Origin: an uncultured Candidatus Rokubacteria bacterium
GTDB lineage: Bacteria; Methylomirabilota; Methylomirabilia; Rokubacteriales; CSP1-6
Direction of reading: 5' to 3'
Assembly (NCBI GenBank): GCA_963758635.1
Contig: CAVWWD010000006.1
Location: 256,001 to 320,000 of the forward strand
DNA: 64,000 bases
Numbering within the stretch: position 1 is the first letter of the stretch; each line of letters begins with the position of its first letter. Below, in pieces: positions 1-9,423 of this stretch. The notes beneath the pieces are model-generated. The model saw only the letters and a program-made list of their open reading frames with translations. It made no database searches and was not told the origin of the DNA. Both the position numbers and the translations under genes were made by a program.

Positions 1-209
1 ATGTCGCCCATGCGCCCGAAGACCACCGACAGGCTGATGCCGGCGATCTGGTAGGCGATCAGCGCCCACGCGATCTCGATGATGTCGGCGTGAAGCGCGA
101 CGGAGATCGTGGGCAGCGCCACGGCGAAGATGCGCGAGGCGAAGCCGGTGATGAACTGCCCCATCATCGCGCTGGCGAGGAGGAGGCGGTCCGTGGACGG
201 AGCGGTCAC
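1..209 (-). CDS. MFS transporter (DHA2-like), N-terminal part; continues past the window edge
   Basis: Manual translation from GTG 209: MTAPSTDRLLLASAMMGQFITGFASRIFAVALPTISVALHADIIEIAWALIAYQIAGISLSVVFGRMGD, typical of MFS TM1-2 plus the start of motif A. Confidence 0.8.
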   Translation of the reverse strand, partial: MTAPSTDRLLLASAMMGQFITGFASRIFAVALPTISVALHADIIEIAWALIAYQIAGISLSVVFGRMGD

Positions 210-249
210 TCGATCGGCCGGCGTGTCCTACGTGCGGTTCGACACCCGG

Positions 250-681
250 CTACCGGGCGATGGTGAGCTCGGCGGAGTACGCCGTCCCGTCCCTGGACAT
301 GTAGTCGGCGACCAGGATCCGCGCGCCCCCCTGATAGTAGAGCCGGTAGACGGCGCTGCCGTACGGGCCGGAGGACCTGAGGGCGCCGCCGTCCAGCCGC
401 AGCGTGCCGACCTCCTTGAAGGCGCCGATCGCCGGCGCGCTCGCCGCCTCGTAGGCGCCGTCGCCGCGGATCGTGAGCTGCACCCAGTCGTCGGGTGCCG
501 AGGTTCCCTGCCGCACCAGCCCCGTCCACGTGCCCGCCACGGTCTGGAAGTCGGTGACGGGGACGAGCGTGGCGCGGCCGCGCCCGGTCGTCCCGGCGCA
601 GCTGACGAGCGCGACGGCGGCGAGGGCGAGCGCCAGCAACGTGCCGATGCGCCGAGGCCTGGTCATGGTCGCGCTTCGCAT
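250..681 (-). CDS. Hypothetical lipoprotein
   Basis: Basic N-terminus, hydrophobic stretch and lipobox-like LVSC, then a small beta-rich domain (GTWTG); C-terminal half of ORF 250..1194. Confidence 0.65.
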   Translation of the reverse strand: MRSATMTRPRRIGTLLALALAAVALVSCAGTTGRGRATLVPVTDFQTVAGTWTGLVRQGTSAPDDWVQLTIRGDGAYEAASAPAIGAFKEVGTLRLDGGALRSSGPYGSAVYRLYYQGGARILVADYMSRDGTAYSAELTIAR

Positions 682-685
682 GACC

Positions 686-1149
686 TCAGTAGCGCCCGCC
701 GAGCTTCGCGGTGGTCCCAGCTCGCGATCTTCTCCGGCGTCACCTTGAGGACCACGCGCTTGGGCGCGCTCGCCAGCGCCCCCGACCCCGGCGGGGGCGC
801 GACGCCGATCCCGGCGCGCTTGCCCGCGCTCTCCCGGATGACCGTCTCCACCTGCGCCGGGTCCTCGATGATCTCGCAGCGCCCGCGGATCATCACGCCG
901 CGGAACTCCGCGTACTCGCCGCCCGTCTCGATCATCACCGCGACCTTCGGGTTCGCGGCGGGCGTTCACGACCTTCTGGGCCTTCGCGTAGGAGGTCATG
1001 TAGATGGCGCCGTCGCGGGCGACGAAGTTCATCGCCACCACGTGGGGGAAGCCGTCCTCGTCCACGGTGGCCAGCGCGGCCTTGGGCGCGTCGCGCAAGA
1101 AGGCAGATTGTTCCTCGGGGGTCAGTCGGATGTCGGGGCGCGGGCTCAT
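686..1149 (-). CDS. Pyridoxamine 5'-phosphate oxidase-like (PPOX, flavin/F420-binding split barrel) protein, frameshifted
   Basis: LATVDEDGFPHVVAM...KVVNARR joined to IETGGEYAEFRGVMIRG...KIASWDH across frames. Confidence 0.8.
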
Positions 1150-1297
1150 GACGATCTCCGTTTCGTCGTTGAATCGCGTCAGCGCCGAGAGCATACACCT
1201 CCGGCGCGGAGATCCCGTCAGCTCCGTCGCATCCGCGGGGAAGAGACCGTGAGCCGGGGGCGGTCGGGCGCCCTCGGCTCACGTCCCCGTTGACCGC

Positions 1298-4127
1298 TCA
1301 CATCAACGGCGTCAGCTGCCGGATGTTCAGTTGCGCGGCGATGAAGGTCAGGACGTCCACGTGCGTGCGGGCACTGTGGGCTTCATCCGACCGCTCGGCG
1401 AGGAAGACCGGCGCGTCTGGGCCATAGTGCTCCTGCAGCTCCGCGGCCATGCCGTAGGTCTGGTAGGGCTCGACACGATCGTCCAGCCGCCCGGTGGCGA
1501 GCAGCAAAGGTTTGAGTAGCATCTGTCTACTGCGAAGCTCTGCCACGTGGTGCGCGGGGGACCAAGCCTGGAGCACCTCCATGTCCTGGGGAGACTGCTG
1601 GAGGTCTCCCGCCGCGTTGTGGCGGAACCCGAAGTCGTCCCACGCGGATCGGCCGAAGACCCCGTTCTCCAGGAACCCGGGAGGATCGCTCACCGGCATC
1701 TCGGCCACGAAGAGATCGATGGCCTGCGGCGCCTCGACCATAGCGGCCAGGGTGTGCATCCCACCGTACGACCGTCCCGAGGCGACGATGGGCGTATCGG
1801 GGAACTCTTGCTTCAACCGCTCCGCCGCGCCCGCGATGTCCTCGAGCGTCGCGCGACGGTGGAGCCTGATGTCCTGGTCCTGCCACCGGAGGCCGAACTC
1901 ACCGCCGCCACGGACGTTCGCGATGGCCACCGCGCCCCCGAGTTCGAGGACCAGTTGGAAGATCGGTTTCTCGTCCCACGTCGGCAGCGTGGGGGCACCG
2001 ATCGCGCCGTAGTAGTAGAGGTACACGAACGCCGGTTTCGTGCCACGGCGGGTCATCAGCTGGATCGGCACCTGCGTCCCGTCTGCGCTCCGGAACTCAT
2101 GCCGCTCATACTTCACGTCGTTGCCCCCCCGGCAGAGTAGCGCTTCGCGACCAAGTGGGGCGATCGCGAATTGGTCGCTCAAGTCGACGGTGAGCGTCTG
2201 CCTCGGCGTCGCGATACCTTCGTAGGTGAAATAGGCCCTGCCGGAATCCTCATTGCCCGTGAACTCCGACAGCGTGCCGTGGTCGTCCGGGGCCCCAGCG
2301 TCCGAGGGCCTCCACGTGTGGACGTCTCCCGTTCTCCAGGTTAATGAGCCGCACCTCGTTCTCCAGGGGCGGCGTGAGGTACTGAAGGGCCAGAAAGGAC
2401 CCGACCCGTTGCGCCCTGATCAGCACGTTGTGGGGATCCGGGGCGACAACACGAGTGGGCTCCGTCCTCGGATCATCGAGATCGACGGCGATCACGGCGA
2501 AGTTGTTGGCGGTCTGCCCGTCGCAGGTGCTCGCCCTGAATAGGGCCCGGTTCTCGTGGACCGTGATGAAGTGCCCGAGCACTCCCTCGCTGGACGAGAA
2601 CAGGCGTGTCACCGTCCCGCCGTCTCGGCGGTCCACGAGATACGCGGCGAGCGGGATCTCGGCCGATCCCTGGACTCGATAGGCGATGAACCTGTTCCGA
2701 TCGATCTCGTAGATGCCGTAGTCGGCGTAGTTCGGCCATTCAGGGTTCGTGAACTCCACCGGATCGTCCGGCGTCCGCCCTGCGGCCTGGGAGATGGAAC
2801 GGTACCGGATCTGCTTGCCTGGCGGGTACGCCGGCTCCCCTCCGAGCGTCGGGACAGCCGAGTAGTAGAATCCGTTCGAGTCCCGACCCCAGTACACGGC
2901 TCCCATCCGCAGCTGCACCTCGTTGCCCTCGATCCGCTCCCTCCTGCCGAGGTCCATGACGCTCCAGAAGGACACGTCACCGTCCTGACGCTTCCGGGCA
3001 TATGCGACTTTCCTGGTGTCGGGGCTCAGCCGGAAGTCGACGACTGGCCCGGCCGCGGCACTGACCAGCTCCTGCCGCGGCCCCGACGCGACCTGCCACC
3101 ATAGGGCGTCATTCTCGATGAAGAGCTCTCCGGCCGGGCAGTGGAAGCGCCTCGGAGGATTCTTCGGGATCAGCTCCATCGCGCGCAGCTCTATGTCTCT
3201 CCTCAAGCCGCCCTCGGGGAGCGCCCGCGGCTGCCTCCTCAAACCGTCGATGGGGTTGGGCAACGCCGCTCCGGCGCCGAGCCCCGCCTGCGGCACGCCG
3301 TTGAGCCACTCGGTGCGTCGTGCCCGGTCCAGCGCGGCCCGGAAGAGCGGGCACTCGTCTCTGAGGATCCCGAAGAGCTTCGTGGCGAGATCCCTCCCCG
3401 CGACAGTGTCACTGGGATAGTGGAGACCGGCTCGCTCACGGTTGACGGCGACGTTCTCAGCGCGGTCCATGTGGTCGTCGCGCCCACTGCGCAGATACTT
3501 CAGGATCGCGCCCATGAGGTACATCTGGGTCGAGTGGCCGCTCGGATAGGCGGGGTGGCCGGGGAGCGGGATCGGAGGGGCCAGATCGGGATCGAGGAGC
3601 CAGGGCCGGACCCGGTTGAAGCGCTCCTTGAAGTACATCACCGCGGAGCCGGCCAGGTGCAGGCCGGCGACCACGAGCTCGGTCGTGAGGGGATGCGAGG
3701 TCGGCGAGAAGTGCAACTGGTCGAACCAGTATCCGACCATGACGGAGCCTTCCTGCTCACGGCTGATCTTTCCGAAGTGGTCCCGTCTCGAGTCCTTCAT
3801 GCGACGCAGCGTGTCGAGCTCGCTGTCGATGAGGTCGGGCATGAACGGACGGACCAGGTTGTCCCGGTTGTGGGTCCAGGTTGCGGAGGCGTACAGCTCC
3901 TGCTTGTACAGCTCGGCACGAAAGTCGGGATCCCAGAATACCCACGGGATCTCGGTCGCTCGACGTTCCGGGAGGACGTGCATCCCCGCCATCCTCAGCG
4001 CGAAGGCGGTCGCCGTGGCGGTGGCGGTTGCCATGGCGGTCGCCGTGGCCGTGGCGGTGGCGGTGGCGGTAGCCGTCGCGGTGGCGGTGGCCGTGGCGGT
4101 GGCGGTCGCAGTAGCTGTGGCTGTCAT
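1298..4127 (-). CDS. Fusion protein: N-terminal (Thr-Ala)n repeat + PAP2/acid phosphatase-haloperoxidase domain + prolyl oligopeptidase (S9A); one frameshift near 2320
   Basis: GGAGGAG RBS before ATG 4127; PAP2 motifs KERFNRVRP, YPSGH, RERAGLHYPSD; propeller-like region (FRLSPDTRKVAY, WGRDSNGFYYS); S9 motifs ANVRGGGEFG, GRSYGG, DDRV and a C-terminal His; the reading frame of ORF 1298..2182 is open upstream to about 2320. Confidence 0.8.
4005..4124 (-). repeat. Coding dipeptide repeat (TA)15-MA-(TA)4
   Basis: 6-bp period ACN-GCN; all four Thr and all four Ala codons are used. Confidence 0.95.
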
Positions 4128-4167
4128 GGTCTCCTCCGTCTTCTGGCCAGGATGTTCAGGAGCAGGC

Positions 4168-4851
4168 TCACGGCCGCTCCCACTCGGCCCGTGCTTCTCC
4201 CAGGGCGGTCATGAACTTCGGGCAATCCCTTTCAGGATTTCGTAGCATCTGCACGGCAAGCCCGCAACCGGCCGTCGTGTCGCTCGAGTAGTTGAGGCCC
4301 GCCCGCTCGCGATTCAGGGCGACCTCCTGGGCCCGGGCGCGAATTTTCTGCTCGGCGTCCCGCGGCGCCAGCTCCGTCAGCACCAGGGCCATGAGGTGCA
4401 TCTGCGTCGAGTGACCCCCGGGGTAGGACGGAAGCCCGGGCACGGGGATCGGCGGGGACAGATCGGGGGCGAGGATCGAGGGCCGCACGCGATTGAACCG
4501 CGCCTTGAAGTACGTGGCGACGGAGCCGGCCAGATAGATGCACGCGTGGAGCAGCTCGTTGGTTCGCGGACGCTCGCTTGGCGTGAACTTCAGCAGCTCG
4601 TACCAGTACCCGATCATGGTCGCCGCGTATTGCTCCTGGGAGATCGCGCCCACGTGCTCGTCCCGCACCTTCCTGAGGGAGAGGAGATCCTCGACCTCGC
4701 CGCGCGTGCTGTCGTTCCAGGCATCCACCATGCCGTCGCGCCGCTTCGGGTCCTTCCAGGTCGGAGTCGCGAAGAACTCCGCCTTGTACAGCTCCGCCCG
4801 CAAATCGAGGTTCCAGTTCTTTCGGAGAAACTCCGTCTCGACCTTGGCCAT
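4168..4851 (-). CDS. PAP2-family protein, paralog of the adjacent domain, with catalytic His replaced by Asn
   Basis: KARFNRVRP, YPGGH, RERAGLNYSSD; AAGGAGG RBS; shares W..D.RAELYK with the neighbouring gene. Confidence 0.85.
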   Translation of the reverse strand: MAKVETEFLRKNWNLDLRAELYKAEFFATPTWKDPKRRDGMVDAWNDSTRGEVEDLLSLRKVRDEHVGAISQEQYAATMIGYWYELLKFTPSERPRTNELLHACIYLAGSVATYFKARFNRVRPSILAPDLSPPIPVPGLPSYPGGHSTQMHLMALVLTELAPRDAEQKIRARAQEVALNRERAGLNYSSDTTAGCGLAVQMLRNPERDCPKFMTALGEARAEWERP

Positions 4852-4888
4852 GGTGTCCTCCTTGCGCGTGGCTCGCTGCTGACGCCGG

Positions 4889-7647
4889 CTACTCGGGAAG
4901 TCCGGCTTGCCGGAGAGCGTCGATGTAGGCGCCGAGCTCCGGCTCCCGCAGCGGATACCATTGCCGGAAGCCGGAGAGTGTGAAGGCCCGATCGATCTGC
5001 AAGAACTCGCGCGCCATCTCCCGCGCCTCCGCGAGGCGGCCGAGATGGACGAGCGTCGCGGCCAGGAAGCGGAGATTCACCGACCACCGCGGGTTCTCGC
5101 GCCGCGACTGGAGGCCGAAGGCGAGCGCCTCGTCGTATTTCCCGCACAGCATGGCCGCAAAACCCGAGACGCCGGTGAAGTAGAAGCCGAGCGGGTCGAA
5201 CGGGCTCAGGCGGAGGGCGTAGGCCTCGCGATCGAGGGCCGCCTTGGCCTCGCCGACGTAGCAGAGGGTGATGCCGCTCAGGCCCCAGGCCATCTGGGAG
5301 TTCGGGTTGAGCGCGAGGGACCGCTCGAAGAGCTGCAGCGCGCGGGGGCACTCCTTGTCGATGAACGAGGCGGCGTGCGCGCTGACGGCGAGCGCCCACG
5401 CGTCGTCGGGATCGCGGTCCAGCGCCGCCTGAGCCATCCGGCCGACCTCGGGCCTCTCGGTGGCGGCTTCGGCGGCGGTCACCAGCCCTGGCCGAACTTC
5501 AACAGATACCACCACGCGCGCCAGGCGTACGCGGCGGCGAAGTTCGGGTCGAGGGCAATGGCCTTCGCGAGGAGCTCGCCCGCCTGGAGGAACTCGTCGG
5601 GGGACAGGCGGTAGAGCAGCGTGAAGGCACGCAGCACGCAGTCGTAGGCGTCGAAGCTGTCGGGATGCTTCTGGAGGGCCCGCTGCGCCTCGGTGATGCG
5701 CAGTGTGCTCTCGAGGGTGCCGACGATCCGCGAGGTGATCCGATCCTGGAACTCGAAGACGTTGGCCAGCGCGCCGTCGTAGTGGTCGGCCCAGATCGTG
5801 TTGCCGGCGCGAGCGTCGATCAGGTCGGCGGTGACCCGCAGCTGCGACCCCGCCTTGCGCACCGTGCCCGTCACGACGTAGCCCACGTTGAGCTCGCGCG
5901 CGATCTGTCGGAGGTCCGCGATCTTCGACCGATAAACGAGCGTCGACGTGCGCGAGATGACGAAGAGCCATCGGATGCGCGAGAGGGCCCCGATGATGTC
6001 CTCGGTGATGCCGTCGCCGAAGTACTCCTGGCCGGGGTCCCCGCTCAGGTCGCGGAAGGGCAGCACGGCGATCGAGGGCCGGTGAGAAACGGGCGAGGTG
6101 CTGAGCACGAGGACCTGATTCGGGCGCGGTGGTCCCTGGACATCCGAGACGTTCGCGCTCGAGCCGCCCGAGAGGCCCGGCCGCCCCGTCACGAAGGGCA
6201 CCGCCGAGGCGGTGACGAGCATGGTGCCGGGGGCGATGCCGGAGGCGAGACGATTCACCTCGGCGACGGCCTCCGCCTGATCGGCCGGGTGGAGCGGCTC
6301 TCCCGCTGGGCCCGGCCCCGTCCGGCACTCGGTGACGTGGATGGCGGCCCGCGTGGACATGGCGATGGGGCCCGCCGTCTCGGCGGGTCCGACGGCCCGC
6401 TGGATGGAGAGCGCAGCGTGGGCCGCCCGGCTCGCCCCGTCCGCCACGTCGGCGGGAAAGCGGCCACCACGCGAGTGTCCGTGATCTCGGCGGGCACGCC
6501 GCCGAACGCCCGGACCTTGTCCAGGGCGACGTTCAGCGCGTGGCTGACCTGGGCCGCGCGAGGCGGACATCGGCGGCGACTCGATCTCCGCCCAGAGGAA
6601 GGCGACGGGCCGACGGACGGCGGCCGTGTCGACGTGCCGGCTTCCCCGGGCCCCGGGCGCGGGCGCCGGATCCGGTCTCAGTCCGTACTTCTCGAGCCGG
6701 TAGCGGAACGTGTTGCGAGGAATGCCGAGGAGCGCGGCCGCCCGGGACAGGTTTCCCGCCGCCGCCTCGAGCGCCCCCGTGAGCCGCGCGCGTTCGAAGT
6801 CACCGACGCTCTCGCGCAACGAGCGATCGGCGTCACGCGGCACGATGACGTCTCTCGCCGGCGCCGGCGCGTGGCCCCGGAGGTCGAGGTCCGCCCGGCT
6901 GATCGACGGACCCTCGACGAGCATCGCGACGCGCTCCATGAGATTTGCCAGCTCGCGCACGTTCCCCGGCCAGGCATGGGCTTCGAGCGCGGCCTTCGCA
7001 TCGGGCGCGAGTCGCTTCGGCGCGAGCCCGTACTCGGCGCACAGCTTGCTGAGGAAATGCTCGGCGAGCAGGGTGATGTCGCTGGGACGCTCGCGAAGCG
7101 GCGGCAGCACGACGGGCATGGTCGACAGGCGGTGATAGAGATCCTCGCGGAAGCGGCGCTCCCGAGTCGCCGCACCGAGCTCCTCGCTCGTCGCAGCCAG
7201 GATCCACACGTCCAGCGGCTCGGCCCGTGTGCTCCCAAGGCGCCGCACCGTCCGGTCCTCCAGCGCCGTCAACAGCTTCGCCTGCAGCGAGACCGGCATC
7301 GCCGCGATCTCGTCGAGGAAGAGAGTCCCGCCATTGGCACTCTGAAAGAGCCCTGGCTTGCCCTGGCGGGCGTCGGTGAATGCCCCTCGCTCGAACCCGA
7401 AGAGCTCCGCCTCGAGCAGCGTATCCGGAATGGCGGCGCAGTTGATCGGGACGAACGGCTTGCTTCCGCGAACGCTGGCGCGGTGGATGACGCGGGCGAG
7501 CAAGCCCTTACCGGTACCGGTCTCGCCGAGGATGAGAATCGGAGGGAGGCGTCCCGAGGACCGCTGATGCTGGAGCAGCCTGCCGATCTGGGCTCGGATG
7601 GCCGAGATTCCCGCGCTCTCTCCGACCAGATCGGCCAGTGGCGGCAT
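4889..7647 (-). CDS. Sigma54-dependent activator (AAA+ and Fis-type HTH) fused to a degenerate cyclase-like segment, TolB-like domain and TPRs; frameshifts near 6520 and 5470
   Basis: GETGTGKG, GAFTDA, LFLDEI, FREDLYHRL, WPGNVREL, GNLSRAAALLGIPRNTFRYRL; then PSIAVLPFRDLSGDPGQEYFGDGITEDII and TPR-like AIALDPNFAAAY / SLALNPNSQMAW. Confidence 0.85.
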
Positions 7648-7708
7648 CCATTGGCCATGGTAGTCCCCCGATATGAGAGGGGCAAGGTCGCTGGGAACGA
7701 GCCCATGC

Positions 7709-8374
7709 TCAAGCGCGCAGGGCGAGCAGTTCATAGACTTCGACCGGGTTGATCCGGCCGCGGACCGGGAACCATCCTCGCCGGCGCGCCTCCACCCGAT
7801 CGCTCAGCAAGGCCTGCATCTGGCCGCTCATGAGGATGGACGTGCCGAGGTACCGGTTGAGATCCTCGAGGCGTGACGCGACGTTGACGGTGTCGCCCAC
7901 CACGCCGTACTTCCACTTTCGCGGCGATCCCACGGGGCCGGCGAAGACCTGGCCGCTGTGCATCGACACGCCGATCGGCTGCCTGACCCGCCGTTCCGCC
8001 TCCGACCACCCGTCGCGTCGACGAAGAGCGGCCTGCATCTCGACGGCGCTCACCGCGGCATGCCACGCATGGTCCGGATCGTGCGTCGGCACCCCGAACA
8101 CGGCCAGGATCCCGTCCCCCACGAAGTCCTGGACCACGCCATGGCTCGCCATGATCACGTCGATCATGACGGTGAGGTAATCGTTCAGAAAGGCGGCCAT
8201 GTGTCGTGGCGCCACGTCCTCGGCCATGGCGGTAAACCCGCGAAGGTCGGCGAAGAGGATCGATACCGGCACGACCTCGCCCTCGGTGGCGGCATCTCCC
8301 GAGCCGGTATGCTCCGCGGCCTGCATAAGATTGTCTCGATGGTCTGCATCGGTCTCGAGTCCGGGTGCCTTCAT
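7709..8374 (-). CDS. Stand-alone class III nucleotidyl (adenylate/guanylate) cyclase; start uncertain (8326-8419)
   Basis: ILFADLRGFT, FVGDGILAVFG, GDTVNVASRLE. Confidence 0.9.
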   Translation of the reverse strand: MKAPGLETDADHRDNLMQAAEHTGSGDAATEGEVVPVSILFADLRGFTAMAEDVAPRHMAAFLNDYLTVMIDVIMASHGVVQDFVGDGILAVFGVPTHDPDHAWHAAVSAVEMQAALRRRDGWSEAERRVRQPIGVSMHSGQVFAGPVGSPRKWKYGVVGDTVNVASRLEDLNRYLGTSILMSGQMQALLSDRVEARRRGWFPVRGRINPVEVYELLALRA

Positions 8375-8434
8375 CGCCCTCTCCCCTTGGCGCCCCGCTT
8401 CGCCGCTTCTGAAATCCATGTCGCCCGTCGTTGA

Positions 8435-8451
8435 TGCAAGCGCATCGCCAG
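8435..8451 (-). promoter_or_regulatory. Putative sigma54 -24/-12 promoter
   Basis: Minus strand CTGGCGATGCGCTTGCA gives TGGC-N7-TTGCA with exact GG-N10-GC spacing, directly upstream of the cyclase gene in an operon encoding a sigma54 activator. Confidence 0.6.
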
Positions 8452-8909
8452 GGAGGAACGCGCTGTATTCCGCTGGGTTGCGGAGCATGCTGCCGAAAGT
8501 TCGCCAGGCGAAGCTGTCGAGTTCCCGGCGATCCCCGACAGGTCCGTAGCCCGTGCTGCACCGTGACGAGCAGGACGCGCCTGGGCGGGCGGCCACGTGG
8601 GGACGGCGTGCCATCCCAGCGGCCCTTTGGGACCCATGGACGGAGGCCGGCCGACTTTTGCTTCGGTGGCGCTGGTTTCGAGGACGGTCGTTCCCTTGAC
8701 CTTGCGCGCACGCTCGATGTAGCGTCTGGCGATGGCGAGCGCGAGACGTTCAACGCGCGTTGCGCCCGTCACGGGCCGCCAGCCTCCAGGATCCGCGCGT
8801 GTCGCTTACTCCCCGCCCCCTTCGCGCGCGCGTGCGCCTCCCCCTCCTGCTCCTCGCCCTCGTCCTGGCCACAGCGGGCCCCGCCGGCGCCGGAAGCGTC
8901 GCGGCCCGC

Positions 8910-9314
8910 ACATGTAGTTGACGCCGGGCATGCGCTGCTCGCCTGTGTGCTCGTGCTCGCCGGCTCGGGTTGCGCGCAGAAAGGCGACTGGATCGCGGGC
9001 ACGCTCGTGACCGTGGACGTGAACGGAGTCTGGCGAGGAAGGCGGCCCCGACGACCTCCTCGGAGGGATGGTCCATGGAGGCGGAGCTGATCGCGGAGCA
9101 GCGGAGCAGCGGGGCCGAAGGTCACGGGGGTGCTCGTCCTTCGAGGCGAGCGGAACGACATCCAGGGCACCGTCCGCGGCGATGTCTTCTCCTTCGCCAG
9201 GCCCAACGGCCGCATAAGGCCGAGTTGACGGTGCGCAGGGGACGAGATGTCCGGCCAGGGCGTGAACATGCGACCGCGCGGAACATGACGTTGAACCTCA
9301 AGCGTCAGCCGTAG
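8910..9314 (+). CDS. Hypothetical lipoprotein, frameshifted or degraded; start unclear
   Basis: ALLACVLVLAGSGCAQKGDWIAGTLVTVDVNGVWRG, then KVTGVLVLRGERNDIQGTVRGDVFSF in another frame. Confidence 0.5.
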
Positions 9315-9423
9315 GCTTCGGGGAAGGCCTGGACGCACAGCACCTCGCGCTTGACCGGCGCGCGCCGGAGGATAGTCTCTGCCCACCTCAGGATCGTCTC
9401 GACCTCCCAGCGAGGGAGCACGC

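Noticed and set aside
4005..4127. Repeat as a CRISPR array or simple microsatellite
   Set aside because: It has a 6-bp period with no spacers, and variation is concentrated at synonymous third positions.
3616..4245. Plus-strand ORF with a (Val-Ala)n tract
   Set aside because: It is the antisense shadow of the (Thr-Ala)n-PAP2 gene, which has the RBS and the enzyme motifs.
8371..8900. Short ORFs (8371..8772 minus; signal-peptide-like mini-ORF near 8832-8920 plus)
   Set aside because: No recognisable domain, and the minus ORF overlaps the predicted sigma54 promoter region. They cannot be supported.
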